Shown here piece by piece: positions 13,764 to 27,182 of a stretch of DNA of 64,000 nucleotides. This stretch comes from Lytechinus pictus. Taxonomy: Eukaryota. The position numbers and the translations under genes are program-made. The DNA lies in contig NC_087251.1 in the NCBI RefSeq assembly GCF_037042905.1, forward strand, positions 27,654,001 to 27,718,000. Direction: 5' to 3'. Every line of letters starts with the position of its first letter. Positions within the stretch are counted from its first letter, which is position 1. The notes beneath the pieces are model-generated. The model was not told where the DNA came from, ran no database searches, and saw only the letters and a list, made by a program, of their open reading frames with translations.

Positions 13764-15444
13764 AAGATAAAAGTTTTATTTTGTGAGTCTTGAACAACTT
13801 TGCTTTACTGTTATTGATGTTGTCTTCATAAATTTGAATTATTTCACTCATAGCTCATCATATAATATTATGTATTAATCATTTTTATTTCTTTGATTAT
13901 ATTCCCATGATTCCTATGACCATAGGGTTATGGTAATAAAAAACAACCACTTTTAGTAATAATGAATTACCATTCAAACAAATTTGGGATACATGTAGAT
14001 TAGATAAAAAAAATTGAAGGAAATAATATACTTCATAAACTAGTGCTTTTAAAAATATATATAGATAACAATTCCATATTGCCTTAAACACCGGTGGGTT
14101 CTTCTTCTCTTTGTTTAAGGCACTGCTGTATACACCTTCGAGACTGGCATATTTCTTACAAGACTGTGAAAATTATGAATTATATTTAAATGGTATGCAT
14201 TATTGAAGTAAGCGAGAGGATGTTAAACGTTTTTATTTCCATATCTTACTAAGATCAAGCCATTTCGGATTGTAGTTATTGACCATTGTCGTTACTTTCT
14301 GTTATTACAAATTTCAACATCCCACCTCAAACGAACAAACATTTTTTTTGCATTTTATACACCTCTATTTCTTTTCTCGTATTTCTTTTCTCGTTAAGAA
14401 AGCACATTTTAAAGCAGTATCCTATCTGGCATAAGTTTCCCTCGAAATGTCACCAACACTGATTAACATTTTTGCCTAAGGATCAGCCCTCCAATTTGCT
14501 GAAATTGTTCCCTATATTCTGACACCCCTGGAACAATTTCCCTCCCGCACATCACGCCCCGGGCTGCTTTACCTGCCGAGAGTGAGAGAATGGACCCAGG
14601 TAGCATTGACGAGCCAAACGCTTGGGGACGTCACCTACTTGGCATTGGTCGCCAAGATGGGGCAGCCTTTGGAGCGTTGATTTACAGCGCGAGACAATCC
14701 GAAATGCCTGCCTCTCCGAAATGAATTAGCAGTGGAGTGTGAAAAGCTTCATACCCCATTGGCGCGCGCAATCTGATAATAATTCATTATTAACATCCGT
14801 TGGGTGTCGTCTGCCATGATTTAAGCTTGTCAAATCACTTCGAGTGCCATCCCAAGCGAGGAAAAACGCCTCCATTTCTAGGTTTCATTCGAGATCTCGT
14901 CCCTGTTTTTTTTTTAAAGATAAGAACCGTTGATACGCTTTCATCTGATGTCGCCCATCTACTAACTCACTGACGTCCCCTCTTGTCCCACGCTCATTCA
15001 AAACATTTCTGTTTGTTTTCTTTTATCAGCATTTATACACTTTTTATTCGCTGAACCACATGGACGTTGACGTTTTTCTTTTATTCTCAAGTATACCATA
15101 TTATTGGGTCCTGTATATTTTGATTAGTTTCACAGTAAAAATTCACGTTAGCTTTCAATTTCAATTAGAAGTATTGATTTAAAATGCAGGAGCAGTCGGA
15201 ATGTGAATTGTTAATCATTCCACGTTTGATTGACAAATTTCAATTTTTAATCTGATGGAAATTTTTCAATTGAAAATTCTTGGAAGACTTAATAATTGTT
15301 CCTACTGATGTTGCTTAACTACAATGTAGTCCAAGATGAGCCTGATTTTGATATCATCATATGAAATATTTTTTAACGCTTTTTGCAAAACCATTTTATA
15401 CCTGTTCGACACCCTAAAACTTTATCATTGGTTTTGCTCTAAAG

Positions 15445-15512
15445 ATTTGCGATTGATCCTTGGCTGATTTCTACGATTGAATGCATCAATAAGTATACGA
15501 TCAATCGTAAAT
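15445..15512. repeat. Short inverted repeat, probable MITE remnant
   Basis: ATTTGCGATTGATC and GATCAATCGTAAAT pair at 13 of 14 positions; the CGATTGATCC word also occurs in family D termini. Confidence 0.45.
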
Positions 15513-17030
15513 ATCATCCGAGCAGTCGTTAAGCTCTGTGTAATGAGGTTCTTGTCCTCAAAAGAAGCGGAGTTGCAGTGGTACTTCATTGTAATGTACG
15601 ATGAAACATTTGGTTATAAATCACTAACCTGAATACACACGGCTGCAGACATTTTGGAATGTTCCATGACGTAATATATCATGAAAGAATAAAGTATTTG
15701 ATTAATAGTATGTCGGTGATCACTGCAAGAACACTTGAGGTTTATTTGTTTGGCACATGAACGACATCAATGTTTGTCATGACTCGCAAAAAGACATCAA
15801 CGAAGATGAAGGGGTTAGTCTGAATTCTCGCTGATTAAGGATTCACGATTCTCAGCGCAGCTTCGTGACGTGCGTACATTTGGACTTTATCGGACTTTAT
15901 CGCTACTTGCGATAGATAGCAACATGTGACCAGTATGGTGTTAGTTCAGACATTGTCGTCACCTGTAATAAATAGCAACACTGCATTATGAGGCATGTGT
16001 ACAATCTGAGTTCCTTCGACATTTTATCCGTGATTGATCGCACGGCCATTCAAAGTGACGTCATTATCACTTATTACCCATAACACAAATTTGGTTGTAA
16101 GTGGTGACTGATCGCGAGTTGCGAACAAGCACCACAAGCCATAAAAGAGGATAAAGACGTACGATCTATCACCACTGGTGATTGATAGTGCTATCCATTG
16201 CGATTGTTGATAAACGTTTGAAAGAGGGGGGGGGGTCGTGATGAAGAGAAACTGAGAAAAGTTACATTCATGACAGTGAAATTTGATTAGAGCAGCTGAT
16301 AAAACGCGTCGTAAACATACGGAGAGGGGGGGGGGGGCTTTTTTAATGAGATGAGCAAAATACAAAAAATGCCAGATTACCTTTGGTGTCCCAGACTATA
16401 ATTGATCACGTGATTCATTTTTGACCATTTTTTACCAATATTCTGCTATTATATTTTGAATACATGCATTTATGTCAAGATGTCATGCTTTAGTGTGCAA
16501 GTCGTGACGTTTTCCTCCGACAAATAAAATCACATACAATTTATACGTCATCGAAGTGTGATTGGTCGCATTGCACGCATGCGCCTAATCTTATTTATGT
16601 GAATTCAGTACGTTTTCATCAATCATGTCAATTAAGCCATTCAACATCAAATCACATTAAGGAGGAATTAGATTTTCCAGGCACCAGTCACGAAGGGGAT
16701 TATGTTTCAGAATAAAATGACTAGCTAAGATGGGTTGGATTATAAACTCGGTTGCAACGGTCACTGACGGTAGTCTTGAAAAAAAATACAAGAATAAAAA
16801 AAATGAAAACAATTATTGTCATGACTTTTTAAAATGAATTTTAAATAAAGGAACCTATACCAGTAAAAATGATTAACAAAGTCTAATAACGTTCGACAGA
16901 TAGGTTTGTCCAAAGGTTCTATGAAATCATTGTGCCTCCCTCAAGATTTGTCGACTGTGGGTTATTTTGAGGTCTCAATCATTGGAAAATGATTGTGTTA
17001 CTTACGTATTCATCTCCTCTTTATTCACAG

Positions 17031-17080
17031 AGCTGCCGCTCAGATAGTTCATCTTTGATGTCAATTCCCAGACTTGCATG
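17031..17080 (+). other. Candidate 50-nt non-coding (5' UTR) exon
   Basis: Preceded by the pyrimidine-rich acceptor CATCTCCTCTTTATTCACAG and followed by a consensus donor ATG|GTAAGT. The link to the receptor transcript is inferred only. Confidence 0.45.
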
Positions 17081-17387
17081 GTAAGTTACCTTACTGAATT
17101 ATAACCTATTTTATTTAATAAAGTTATGATGAACGGGGATTTATAGAACTAAATATTCGAATTACTTAGTATTGATTATGACAAGCCAGAGCCTAATTTC
17201 AATCTTATTTTCAAATCAGCTGAAGATGAAGTATGCAGATATTGATTCTCATCCGCAAGGATTTCATATTTGTGGAAGCAATTCTATTTTTGCCATTACT
17301 TTGATAACATCAAATTTTAAAGTTATTCAAAACAATAACAATAGAAAAATGGCATTTCATATCTGAGATCTGTAATTTCACGAACAA

Positions 17388-17934
17388 CTTTGAGTCCAAA
17401 TCAGTTCGATTAAAATAAGACAGTAAAATAATCATAAAGCTTATTTGATTTTTAAAATGAAAATCGGCGGATGTGTAGAATAAGAAGGTTGTGGAATTTT
17501 AAAGTTTTGCTCAATTGCACAAAATTGCTTCTGTACAGACGGTATTGGGAGGCGATGACGCCATACACTCACTTTTCCATTGTATTTGATCAAATTAAGA
17601 TTATAGTTATTTCAAATTTTCCACTTACAATAGAAACTTATGCTTTGATTCCACCTTGAACATCTGGGATAGTCTTTGTTATCAATCATTATCTAATCGG
17701 TCGGATCTTTATTGTCCTATCTGCAAAATTGATTCGTTTTATATATACTAAAATACAGTCGAAATAGCCAAAATGTGTTATGTCATCCACTCTCTGACTT
17801 GTGTATCGTCCATAATTTGTGTTTATAAAAGTTGAGTGAACATTTTCAATGTTATACATGTACCTGGTTGCTGCGTTTTTTTTAAATATGATTTATTTAA
17901 ATCAATTTACTGTAGAGGTGGACTTGACCTTTAA
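17388..17934. mobile_element. Old, degenerate Kolobok-type MITE (subfamily A-like)
   Basis: Right end GGTGGACTTGACCT|TTAA is intact; left arm retains CGGATGTGTAGAATAAGAAGGTTGTGGAATTTTAAAGTTTTGCT; left boundary approximate. Confidence 0.65.
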
Positions 17935-20589
17935 TGAAAACAGCCCCTTGAATAATCAGTCATAGAACCCAAAAACCAGGGATCTCTATAGTTTGGTCTT
18001 AAGTTACACCTTTTCAATCGGAATTTATCCCGTCTTACTGCAATATCATGATTAAAAGTGGAGTTAGGTGTTCAGGGTCCCACGTAATGTATCCGACTGA
18101 ACATGGCCGACTTATTGTTCAAATATGTTGAACGTATACGGTTCAAGGCTGGTATTATGTATTTACATTTTGTTCATCGATATCACACGTTTTTACATCT
18201 ATATTGGCATATCCAGCAATAGATGGAAGATTAGGGAGGGTTTATCCGGAATATTTGTTTAATCGCATGGGTACAGGATATCAGATTTGGAAGGGGCAGT
18301 TATATTAACTTTGTCCAGGATTCTTATTTTTAATTCACCGTTCCAGCTACTTCATTATGATTGCAATTAACAGGAATCGCCTCAGATTTATATAATGTTC
18401 AAACTTTACTTTAAAAAAAAGAACAACTGATTAAGAGAGTAAAGTGATACACACTATAAATATCAAGAAGTCCGAAAACTCCAGACTAAAACCTTTTCAC
18501 TGATTTTCAAAGAAATTTATTATTTTCAGTGAAATATTTTGTTTCCATGGTTTCTATTATCAAACGAAATTGAATAGTATAGGCATATATTATCATTTCC
18601 CCCATATCCAGGCAGTCATTTGACATTGACCTTCTCTCGATGTGTTACACTATAGAAATTCTGCTTTTACTCTATCCTTTTCAAATTGACCTTTCCCGTT
18701 TTTTAACGTGTTTTTTTTTAAGTTGTGGATTTCATCCCTTATCCTCTTCCACAACGAAGAAGCACGAAGTACAAAGTCATCAATGGTTCTATTTCTGTGA
18801 CAATGAATGATTGAATAGATTTATTTATGACAACTCCATAATTATAAGTTTTCCAACTGAATTTCTATTCAACATGTTTAACTTACAACTCTGAAAGTCT
18901 ATGCTTGATTTTGGATGAATTTATACGTTATTAAAGACAATTGATATGCATGGTAATGGTAATTACAACAGGTGTACATCGCTCATCTATACTTCTGTCT
19001 CGTGATGATGATTGTCATTATGAGTTATTAGAGTTCTCAATGAAATTGGATCTAAGATGGCACGGCTGGTTGCAAGGTTAGATTTAAAAAGATAACTGAT
19101 CATTGAGTTTTGAACCTAAATCTGTATATTCGACAGGATTCAACCCTACTTGTGAGTGTAAAGACTCTGATTTCAATTTTTCAGCAATGCCATCATCCAG
19201 AGTGGATTGTAGTAAGAATTGATTGTTTATTCAATCAATAATAGATTGATGTTGGGTTGGGTTGAGATTGTGACTAATGTATTGGCTATATAGCGTAGAC
19301 TGAACCTGAATCAATTTATCTGCACTTAAAAGACGAGTTTCCTGGGCTAGTATATATCAATCGACACACACCATAGAGTAGATATAAACCATAGACTAGA
19401 TATCATAGGGAAAAAATATGATGAAGCTGTGGCCTTGCCTTTATCAATATATCACAATGATGACAAGTGAATATATCACTTATTGAAACATTACTTGATG
19501 AAGTGAGAGGGTTTTCTACGAACATTTCAATTAACGACATTATATCTGTAATGCCGTCAATGCACACTCTTTCGAATTGGATCTGAAATCTGAATAATAA
19601 ATGGAAAAGACATTTTATCTAATGGAGGTAAAATGAATATTTGGAAGCTTAAGAAACCTTATAAATAAGTTCTGAATTTATTGAAGTTGCGATTAATTGA
19701 ATACAAATTCAAACCCTGTGACATCGTATTTTCAATTCAGCTTTTATTCACTAACTTTGAAAGAATTGATTTAAAAAAAAAACACAATCTTTTTGGTATT
19801 TATTCAGTTACCAGTCTTGAAAAAATATAGAAATTTTTCAATTTTTTAAAATACAAATCATTAAAAAAACACGACTGTACGGTATACTCCATTCATAAAG
19901 GGAATGAAATTAGTATATGAAGTCCGCAACTCCTTTTACATCTGCAAATGGAAAATGATATTTTGAAACTTATATCAGAATTCCTTCGTAATTTTTGTTC
20001 GTTCATCATTATATTCTGCATCTGTACATGCCCTATCATGTACTTTCAGGTAGTATGTATCCCTTTAATTCAATATACTTTCCCCGGAGGCGTGCTGTAT
20101 CATACCGCCGAGAGAGGGGGTAATAAGTGAGATCGATAAGGTCCAGGCCCATGAGTGGAGCTTGGGAATCGTTGTGGGTAAAGATCGTCGATCAAAGAGG
20201 GTGAACACCCTTGCCATAAAGGCTTCTCACAGCTCTATCGAATAACCACTTAGCCTCTTTCAGGTGCCTGCATGCATTAACCCTATACCTGGCTTCAACA
20301 AAACACTCCACTCCTTCCACCTTGCGCCCAAAAAAACGGGGGAGGAAAGAGATAGGTACGTGCAGGGGATTATATTTAAAGAAATAGATCCGAGCGCGCG
20401 TTCACATTACTTTCCTTAAAAAAGAAAAAAAAAATAGAGTGTTACATTCATGTGATTTGTTGAAACCACTTTGAAGTCAGATAATTAAGATCTTTCATGT
20501 AACTAGTTATGCTACGTATTCAAGTGAGGCCTCACTGGAAATTTTGATGTCTGTCAGAAAAAAAGTGACAGTCCTTTAAATTTCTCAAA

Positions 20590-20661
20590 TTCCCTATAAA
20601 AGCTTGTCAATAAAATTGTCGAGTTTCCCTATAAAAGCTTGTCAATAAAATTGTCGAGTTT
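20590..20661. repeat. Perfect 35-bp tandem duplication
   Basis: TCCCTATAAAAGCTTGTCAATAAAATTGTCGAGTT occurs at 20591 and again at 20626. Confidence 0.95.
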
Positions 20662-20739
20662 AAAACTCGTTTGTGAGCTTATTTCATAATCATGTGCATC
20701 TTCAAAGAAATGAATAACAATGTTGACAGTTGCCGTTTT

Positions 20740-20945
20740 GCACCCTTTTACGCCACGCCGGGACGCTGAAAACATTATTTTCTCGATCTAAAACTACATT
20801 ATTCACCAACGTAACAAGCATTATCAAGTACTCATCTGCACCTGGGTGGAGAGTGACGAAATAAAATGATACAATATATATAGAGACTTTGCCAAATAGC
20901 GTTGGAACTTCACAACGGATAGGAGAACCATGAAATAGAGCTCCA
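20740..20945 (-). mobile_element. Possible degenerate SINE fragment
   Basis: Minus strand reads CTCTCCACCCAGGTGCAGATGAGTAC, which resembles from memory a conserved central domain of invertebrate tRNA-derived SINEs; boundaries uncertain and no clean A/B boxes seen. Confidence 0.4.
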
Positions 20946-21077
20946 GTCAATTATCAATTATACTTGCAATGTATAGAACTATGATTTTCTCTACAAGCAG
21001 GATGTGCTTGGTTTGGCATCGTGACGTAGTAATGTTCACAGATCCAAAGACACAGGCCATGGAAAGACGCTGCACTG

Positions 21078-22045
21078 TTTTATTGTCTCACCTGCATAGC
21101 AGAGTGAGACTATAGGCGCCGCTCTTCCGACGGCGGCGGCGGCGTCAACACCAAATCTTAACCGAAAGTTAAGTTTTTGAAATGACAGCATAACTTAAAA
21201 AGTATACGGACCTAGTTCATGAAACTTGGCCATAAGGTTGATCAAGTATCACTGAACATTCTGTGCAAGTTTCAGGTCACATGACCAAGGTCAAAGGTCA
21301 ATGAACTTTGGCCATAATGGGGGTATCTGTTGAGTTACCATCATAACTTCGAAAGTTTAAGGATCTGATTCATGAAACTTGGACATAAGAGTAATCAAGT
21401 ATCACTGAACATCCTGTGTGAGTTTCAGGTCACATGATTAAGGTCAAAGGTCATGTAAGGTCAATGAACTTTGGCCAAGTTGGGGGTATTTGTTGAATTA
21501 CCATCATAACTTTGAAAGTTTATTGGTCTAGTTCATAAAACTTGGACATAAGAGTAATCAAGTATCACTGAACATCCTTTGCGAATTTCAGGTCACATGA
21601 CCAACGTCAAAGGTCCATGAACTTTGGCAATATGGGGGGTGTCTGTTGAATTACGATAATAACTTTGACAGTTTATAGATCTGATTCATGAAACTTGGAC
21701 ATAAGAGTAATCAAGATCCCGTCAAAGTTTCAGGTCACATGACCAATGTCAAAGGTCATTTAAGTTCATTGAACTTTGGCCATTTTAGAGGTAATCATTA
21801 GATTGCTGTCATAACTTTCAAAGTTTATAGATATAGTGTATAAAATGTGGTTATAGGGGTAATGAAGTATCACTGACAAGTTTTAGGTCACATGATCAAG
21901 GTCAATTGTCAATGAACGTAGTATTGTATCATTATATGAATGGTGTTTTTTGTGAATACTTATTTTATAGTAGTTTTCAAAGTCAGCGCTGCTACTATAT
22001 TGAATCGCGTGATGCAGGTGAGACCGCCAGAGGCATTCCACTTGT
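21078..22045 (+). mobile_element. Non-autonomous Helentron-type element (HINE/DINE-1/Tsp-like) with internal tandem array
   Basis: T-rich start; 13-bp subterminal inverted repeat GTCTCACCTGCAT (21085-21097) / ATGCAGGTGAGAC (22012-22024); second short IR GTGAGAC at 21104; (GGC)n microsatellite; ~4.5 tandem units of 153-163 bp; 3' mini-hairpin GCC-AGA-GGC then CTTGT; no TSD. Confidence 0.85.
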
Positions 22046-23688
22046 CTGAATAATGTATTGGATACCACTAAGACTGCGCGCGGTAGCGTTCTGTCATACA
22101 CATGAATTCGTTTCGGCTTTTAAAAGTATTTTGGGGTTTTTTTTTAGTTGCGGATGATAACTATGCTTTCTTAAGTCCTTAGTGTGGAAAATCGGATTCC
22201 TTTGTTAAAATCTGGCTTTGTCGTCGCTGACCTCTCCAGGGTCTACCGTGTCTTTGAAAATAACCTCGCCACAACACACCAAACTTCTCCGATACACAGA
22301 ACCTACAAAACAAAGAAAACCCCTTTATAGTTCTTAGGGGGTTCCTGTTATAGGTTCTGGAAGCGAACACTATACTTGGTGACGTGATCTCCCCGAGTAT
22401 CCATGACTGACAAAATACACGGCCCTCCGTGGGGTCTCCTCTAGTTTCTTATTCCTCCAGGGATGGGGATCTATTTTCCCTTTTCAGCCCCCCCCCCCGC
22501 TCCGAAATGTTTTGGTCCACAGACACAAAAGGTTGTGGGGGATATCGTGACCTTTATTCATAATGGGCGACGGTAAATGACTAGAAACACACTTTCCAAT
22601 TCTTGAGATATTTTCTCTCATCTTTTTAAACGGAAATTAGAGAGATGTGCGACATTTGAGATGTAAGACATCTTTAGATCCATGTACATACCAAGTTGCA
22701 ATGATTTACTGGTTAATTCGCACAATCACATTTCTCGTAACACAAACTCGTTGTCGCCTTTTGGGGGCTGTGAACAAATATAACAAGCACATGCCAAAAG
22801 AAGCCTGAAGTGTATGATGAGAGGAATGAAAAAAGATCATCGCCACCATTGGCGAGGAGCGGGGGCACAATTATCCGAGTGAGGGGCGGTCCCCCCTTTT
22901 TTTACGGCTTTTCAGTCAAATTTGACTATTTAAGCCGATTAGTCCTTCTCCTTGTATTGATACGTCATCGGTTTATTTTAATACTTATTAGTTTATCAAC
23001 ATTATTCATGAAAAATTCAAATAGGATTTTTTTTTTTATTCACATACGAAAGATCCATTGGTTTATCATAAATCGTTATGATTAAAGTGGCAATTTATTG
23101 ATTATAGAGTGAACACATTATACAATCTTGCAAGTCACGTCATAAAATAAACTTTTAGAAATAGAACTCAAGTTTAGTAACGGATCTTGGTGAAATGAAT
23201 AGTATGTTTCTCTTATATTTCTACGGAAACTAACTCGATGTCAGTGTGAACTTACCCTTTTAAAGGCATTGGCTAACATTGATTTGACTGTTTTTTTTAA
23301 TCTGCGCTGCGAGGTCCCACTTGTCACCTGTGTCTGTGATATGTTACAAAAATGAAGCCCAGGAAAACTCGCGTCCGAAAATGATTATGATAATTATTAC
23401 TGCTTCAAAAAAGTGAAATATAAAGTGACCGGAAACACCATCTTAATTTAATCACATACACTCATGTGTTCTATTATTATCGACACGATAGGAATTACAC
23501 AATATCTTCGATTATAGTATCAAAAGCATTTCTTTTGATTTTTTTGGGGGGAGGGGGGTTAGAGTTTTAGGTTGATAGAAAGGCATCCATGTACATACTT
23601 GATCTCTCCTTTGTCTTTTTTTTATTTCATGCCTACAACGTTAACTTATGTCTTTAACCTCCCCTTTCATCTGGGGCGTGAGGGTTAA

Positions 23689-23690
<2 letters not shown>

Positions 23691-23720
<30 letters not shown>
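23691..23720. repeat. (TG)15 microsatellite
   Basis: Uninterrupted TG dinucleotide run. Confidence 0.97.
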
Positions 23721-23722
<2 letters not shown>

Positions 23723-24288
23723 TGCGTGATGAACTTGAGTCCCCGATTTCACTGCACGAAATATTCTTTGTATGCTTGTCAGCAACCACCGAATCGATAA
23801 CAAGCGGATCTCCGTCAGTGCATCGCTGTTCGACAGAAGTTCGATATTCTCTGTTACATCCACAAGAGCAAAAAGATTGTATAACACCAAGATAGTGACG
23901 TAACAACGTTTCAATATATCGGTCGTTCCTTTTTCTTCGCCGCGCATGAATCCACGCGCCAATATATCACGCCGTGCGTACTGCGTTTTGCACTCCCGAT
24001 AGAAAAGTAGCAGACTGCGTCGGTTAAAAGGTTTCTGGTACGCTGTAGGTCGAATCACATGAGAGATAAATGACAGAGATAAATAGGATTGAGAAGCGAG
24101 GGATTCGATGGCGTCAATGTTTAGATGAAGAGTGATACATTATGAGATATAGAGACGATATTGTACATCGAATGCTTTGATTTTAATCTCAAACCTTGTA
24201 TGCATTTCACGTCTGTAATATGATCATAATAAGGAAAGATTTAGATTTAAGGGAACAAAATTTAGAATAATTGTAGTCCGGGCGTAAC

Positions 24289-24850
24289 TTAAAGGGATAC
24301 ATCAGATTGAAAATAATAAAATTCAATTAAATAGAGTAAATAGAAAAGTAAATAAGAAATAATACTGTAATGCCATGAAAGTCGGATGAAAAATTACCAA
24401 GTTATTGAATTATAACATTTTACATGATTACAGCTCATACATTTTTATATATGTCGCCATGGGTATGCAATGGGTGGACTCATGCCATGTCCTGATCACA
24501 TGCATTTTTTAAATTGTATTTTTCATACGTATATCTTTCTTGTTACAAAATAAGTTGCAGCAATGATAATCTTAAACATTGAATCATTGTCTTATTTTTA
24601 CATTCTTAGAGCAGAGATTTTGAATAATTGTAATTTAATATAGTAAAATGTAAACAAAAGATTGAGAAGATGACGTCATCATCAGCTCGATCGTTGTATG
24701 TTCGTCATAACATCCATCGACCTATTTCAATGGAATAAACTAAAAACAAAAGAAAATGTCATACTTTCCTTATTTTTCATCAGATTTTTCGTTTTTTCTG
24801 TTTATCTCAACTTCACTTTTTCGAATTTTGTTCTTCTCAGCGTATTGTAT
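24289..24850. mobile_element. Degenerate Kolobok-type MITE (subfamily B-like)
   Basis: Starts TTAA|AGGGATAC; internal AAATAAGTTGCAGC and CATCAGC blocks are collinear with the 9391 element; right end eroded, so the boundary is approximate. Confidence 0.55.
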
Positions 24851-25046
24851 CCCTTTACTCTTTTGGATGGACACTCGATTTAAGACTTACATGGTCGCCC
24901 AAATAATTTTCCAAAAAGAAAATTATAATCACTACCTCATCCAAATCGAAAGTGAGCCATCATGTTCAAGTAACAAACGGTTACCAAACTTTGAAGATAC
25001 AAGTAATACATTTTTTCTTATGTTACAACTTTTGGCAAATATATCA

Positions 25047-25651
25047 TTAAAGGTCAAGTCCACCCAAGAAAAAAATTTTAAAGAGAAAAATCAAACAAGC
25101 ATAATGCTGAAACTTTCATCGAAATCGGATATAAAATAAGAAAGTTAGGACATTTTGACGTTTCGCTTATTTTTCTCAAAACGGTTTTATGCACCACTCA
25201 GTGATATGCAAATGAGAGAGTCGATGATTTCCCTGCACTCACGGTTTCTTTTGTTTTTATATTGTTTGAATTATACAATATTTCAATTATTTACAGATTT
25301 GACAATAATGATCAACTTGACTGAACCAAAAATAATGTCAAAACAATGGTAGTTCCACATGTTCAGGAAGGAATAAAACTTTATTTCACATGACATTGAG
25401 GAGAAAATTTAAATATTTCATATACTGAAATACAAAAGAAATAGTGAGTGAGTGATGTCATCAGTCATCTTATTTGCATACTGATCAGGATGTGCATATA
25501 ACAGTTTTGTGAAATTAAGCAAAACTTTACAATGTCATCACTTTCTTACTTTACATCCGATTTGGATGAAATTTTCAGTGTTATATATGCAGGTTGGATT
25601 TTTCTCTTTATATTCAATTTAACTTTGTGTTAGGGTGGACTTATCCTTTAA
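25047..25651. mobile_element. Kolobok-type MITE, subfamily A, including TTAA TSDs
   Basis: TTAA|AGGTCAAGTCCACCC ... GGGTGGACTTATCCT|TTAA; collinear with the 13182 copy. Confidence 0.92.
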
Positions 25652-26835
25652 ATATTTTCATGATACATACATACACTGATGCATTCACTCGCAAGTGCCT
25701 TATTTATCTTGCTTTATCATGTTTATGTACATGTGCATCAAAAATATGGGTTACCGTCATACAACAATAATACCTGATTAAACATTCTATGTCATAATAT
25801 AACTTCAATGCTTATATGCTCATACGGCGGTGATTTCTGCCCTGTATACTTAATTTCAAAAGTGCTATAGACTCTACTCGGAAAGGATAATTGAGAAGTC
25901 AAACATCCAAAACATACGAAAAAACAATTCATTTCATCCAATTCGCTCTCATCATATTAGTTCTGTATTTTCTACCATTTCGTTTTATTTGCTTACGTGT
26001 ATTTTGCCATGTACGTGGATGAATGCACTCTGTGGTCCCATGTAGTGACCTTTTGTTTTGAAATCCGTGGGTGATTGGATATTAAAGGCATAATGAAATG
26101 AACCTGCGCTTCTCCAAGTCACGCTTGTTATTTTATGCGATCGTTTGTACGCTGACCAAACCAGAATAGGTCCTTCCACAAGCATCCAATTGGTTACTTT
26201 TATTTTGTTGTTTTGTCTTGCGTTGATGTGCCCATTCATTGCATTGTGATAATTTCGAAATTTGGATTGAATTAAAATTTCCATTAATTTCACTGGATTA
26301 AGATGTTCATATTTGAAAGGAGCATTGTTCACACAGAATTCAATCACGGCCAAAATCTTTTGGAAATATCAATAGAAGCCAAAATAAAACGAATTTCTAT
26401 GAAAAATCACAAATTTCTTGAAAAAACATATAACTTGCTAAAGTAATACATTCTCTATTTTATTTAGTATCTTATTGTATTTCGTAATCATGTTGATGGT
26501 ATCATGTTCGAAATCAGATTTAGTGTTATCAGATTATGACACAGAACGACTAAATGATTATTGCATTTTAATATATTAATTCAATTACGGTAATTCATTA
26601 GGCTCTACTGTTCTTGCTTTTGTTTTAGAATATAATTTTGTTATTTGTATAGTCTCTTCTTGTAAATAATATACTTAGAACAATTAACAAAAATGCTGTA
26701 TGGTTGATTTCTCTGTTTCAGTACAGAATGATTAATATCCTACAAAACTCCAAATCGTAACTTGAACTCGGTGATACAATAATTCATCCGAATGAATGGC
26801 GAGAGGTGGATGTATTCAAAACTGTCTGCTCAAAC

Positions 26836-27182
26836 AAAGGGAATGTCATTCCACCTAAAAGGGGGTTTAAAACTTGGAGTGTCGTTCCCCGTTAAAGTGG
26901 GTTAATATTTTGGCGTGGCCAATGTTTTGTAAAGGGAATGCCGTTCCCCCTAAAAGTGGGTTTTAATATTTGGGCGTGGCCAATGGTTTGAAAAGGGAAT
27001 GACATTCTCTGTAAAAGCGGGTTTATACGGTAACGGGACGTCGCCAAAGTGTTGCAAAGGGAATGTTATTTCCCCTTAAATGGGGTGAAAGTGGGGCGTG
27101 GCCAATGTTTTGCATAGGGGATGCCATTAATGGGGCGTGGCCAGTTTTCCAAGGGAATCTTATTCCCTCTCAAAAGGGATTT
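26836..27182. repeat. Degenerate ~60-bp minisatellite carrying GGCGTGGCCAAT
   Basis: AAGGGAAT recurs near 26837, 26932, 26993, 27057 and 27151; GGCGTGGCCA occurs four times. Confidence 0.8.

Noticed and set aside
24756..25352. 127-aa and 65-aa ORFs as a transposase
   Set aside because: They run across MITE arms and AT-rich flank and show no catalytic motifs.
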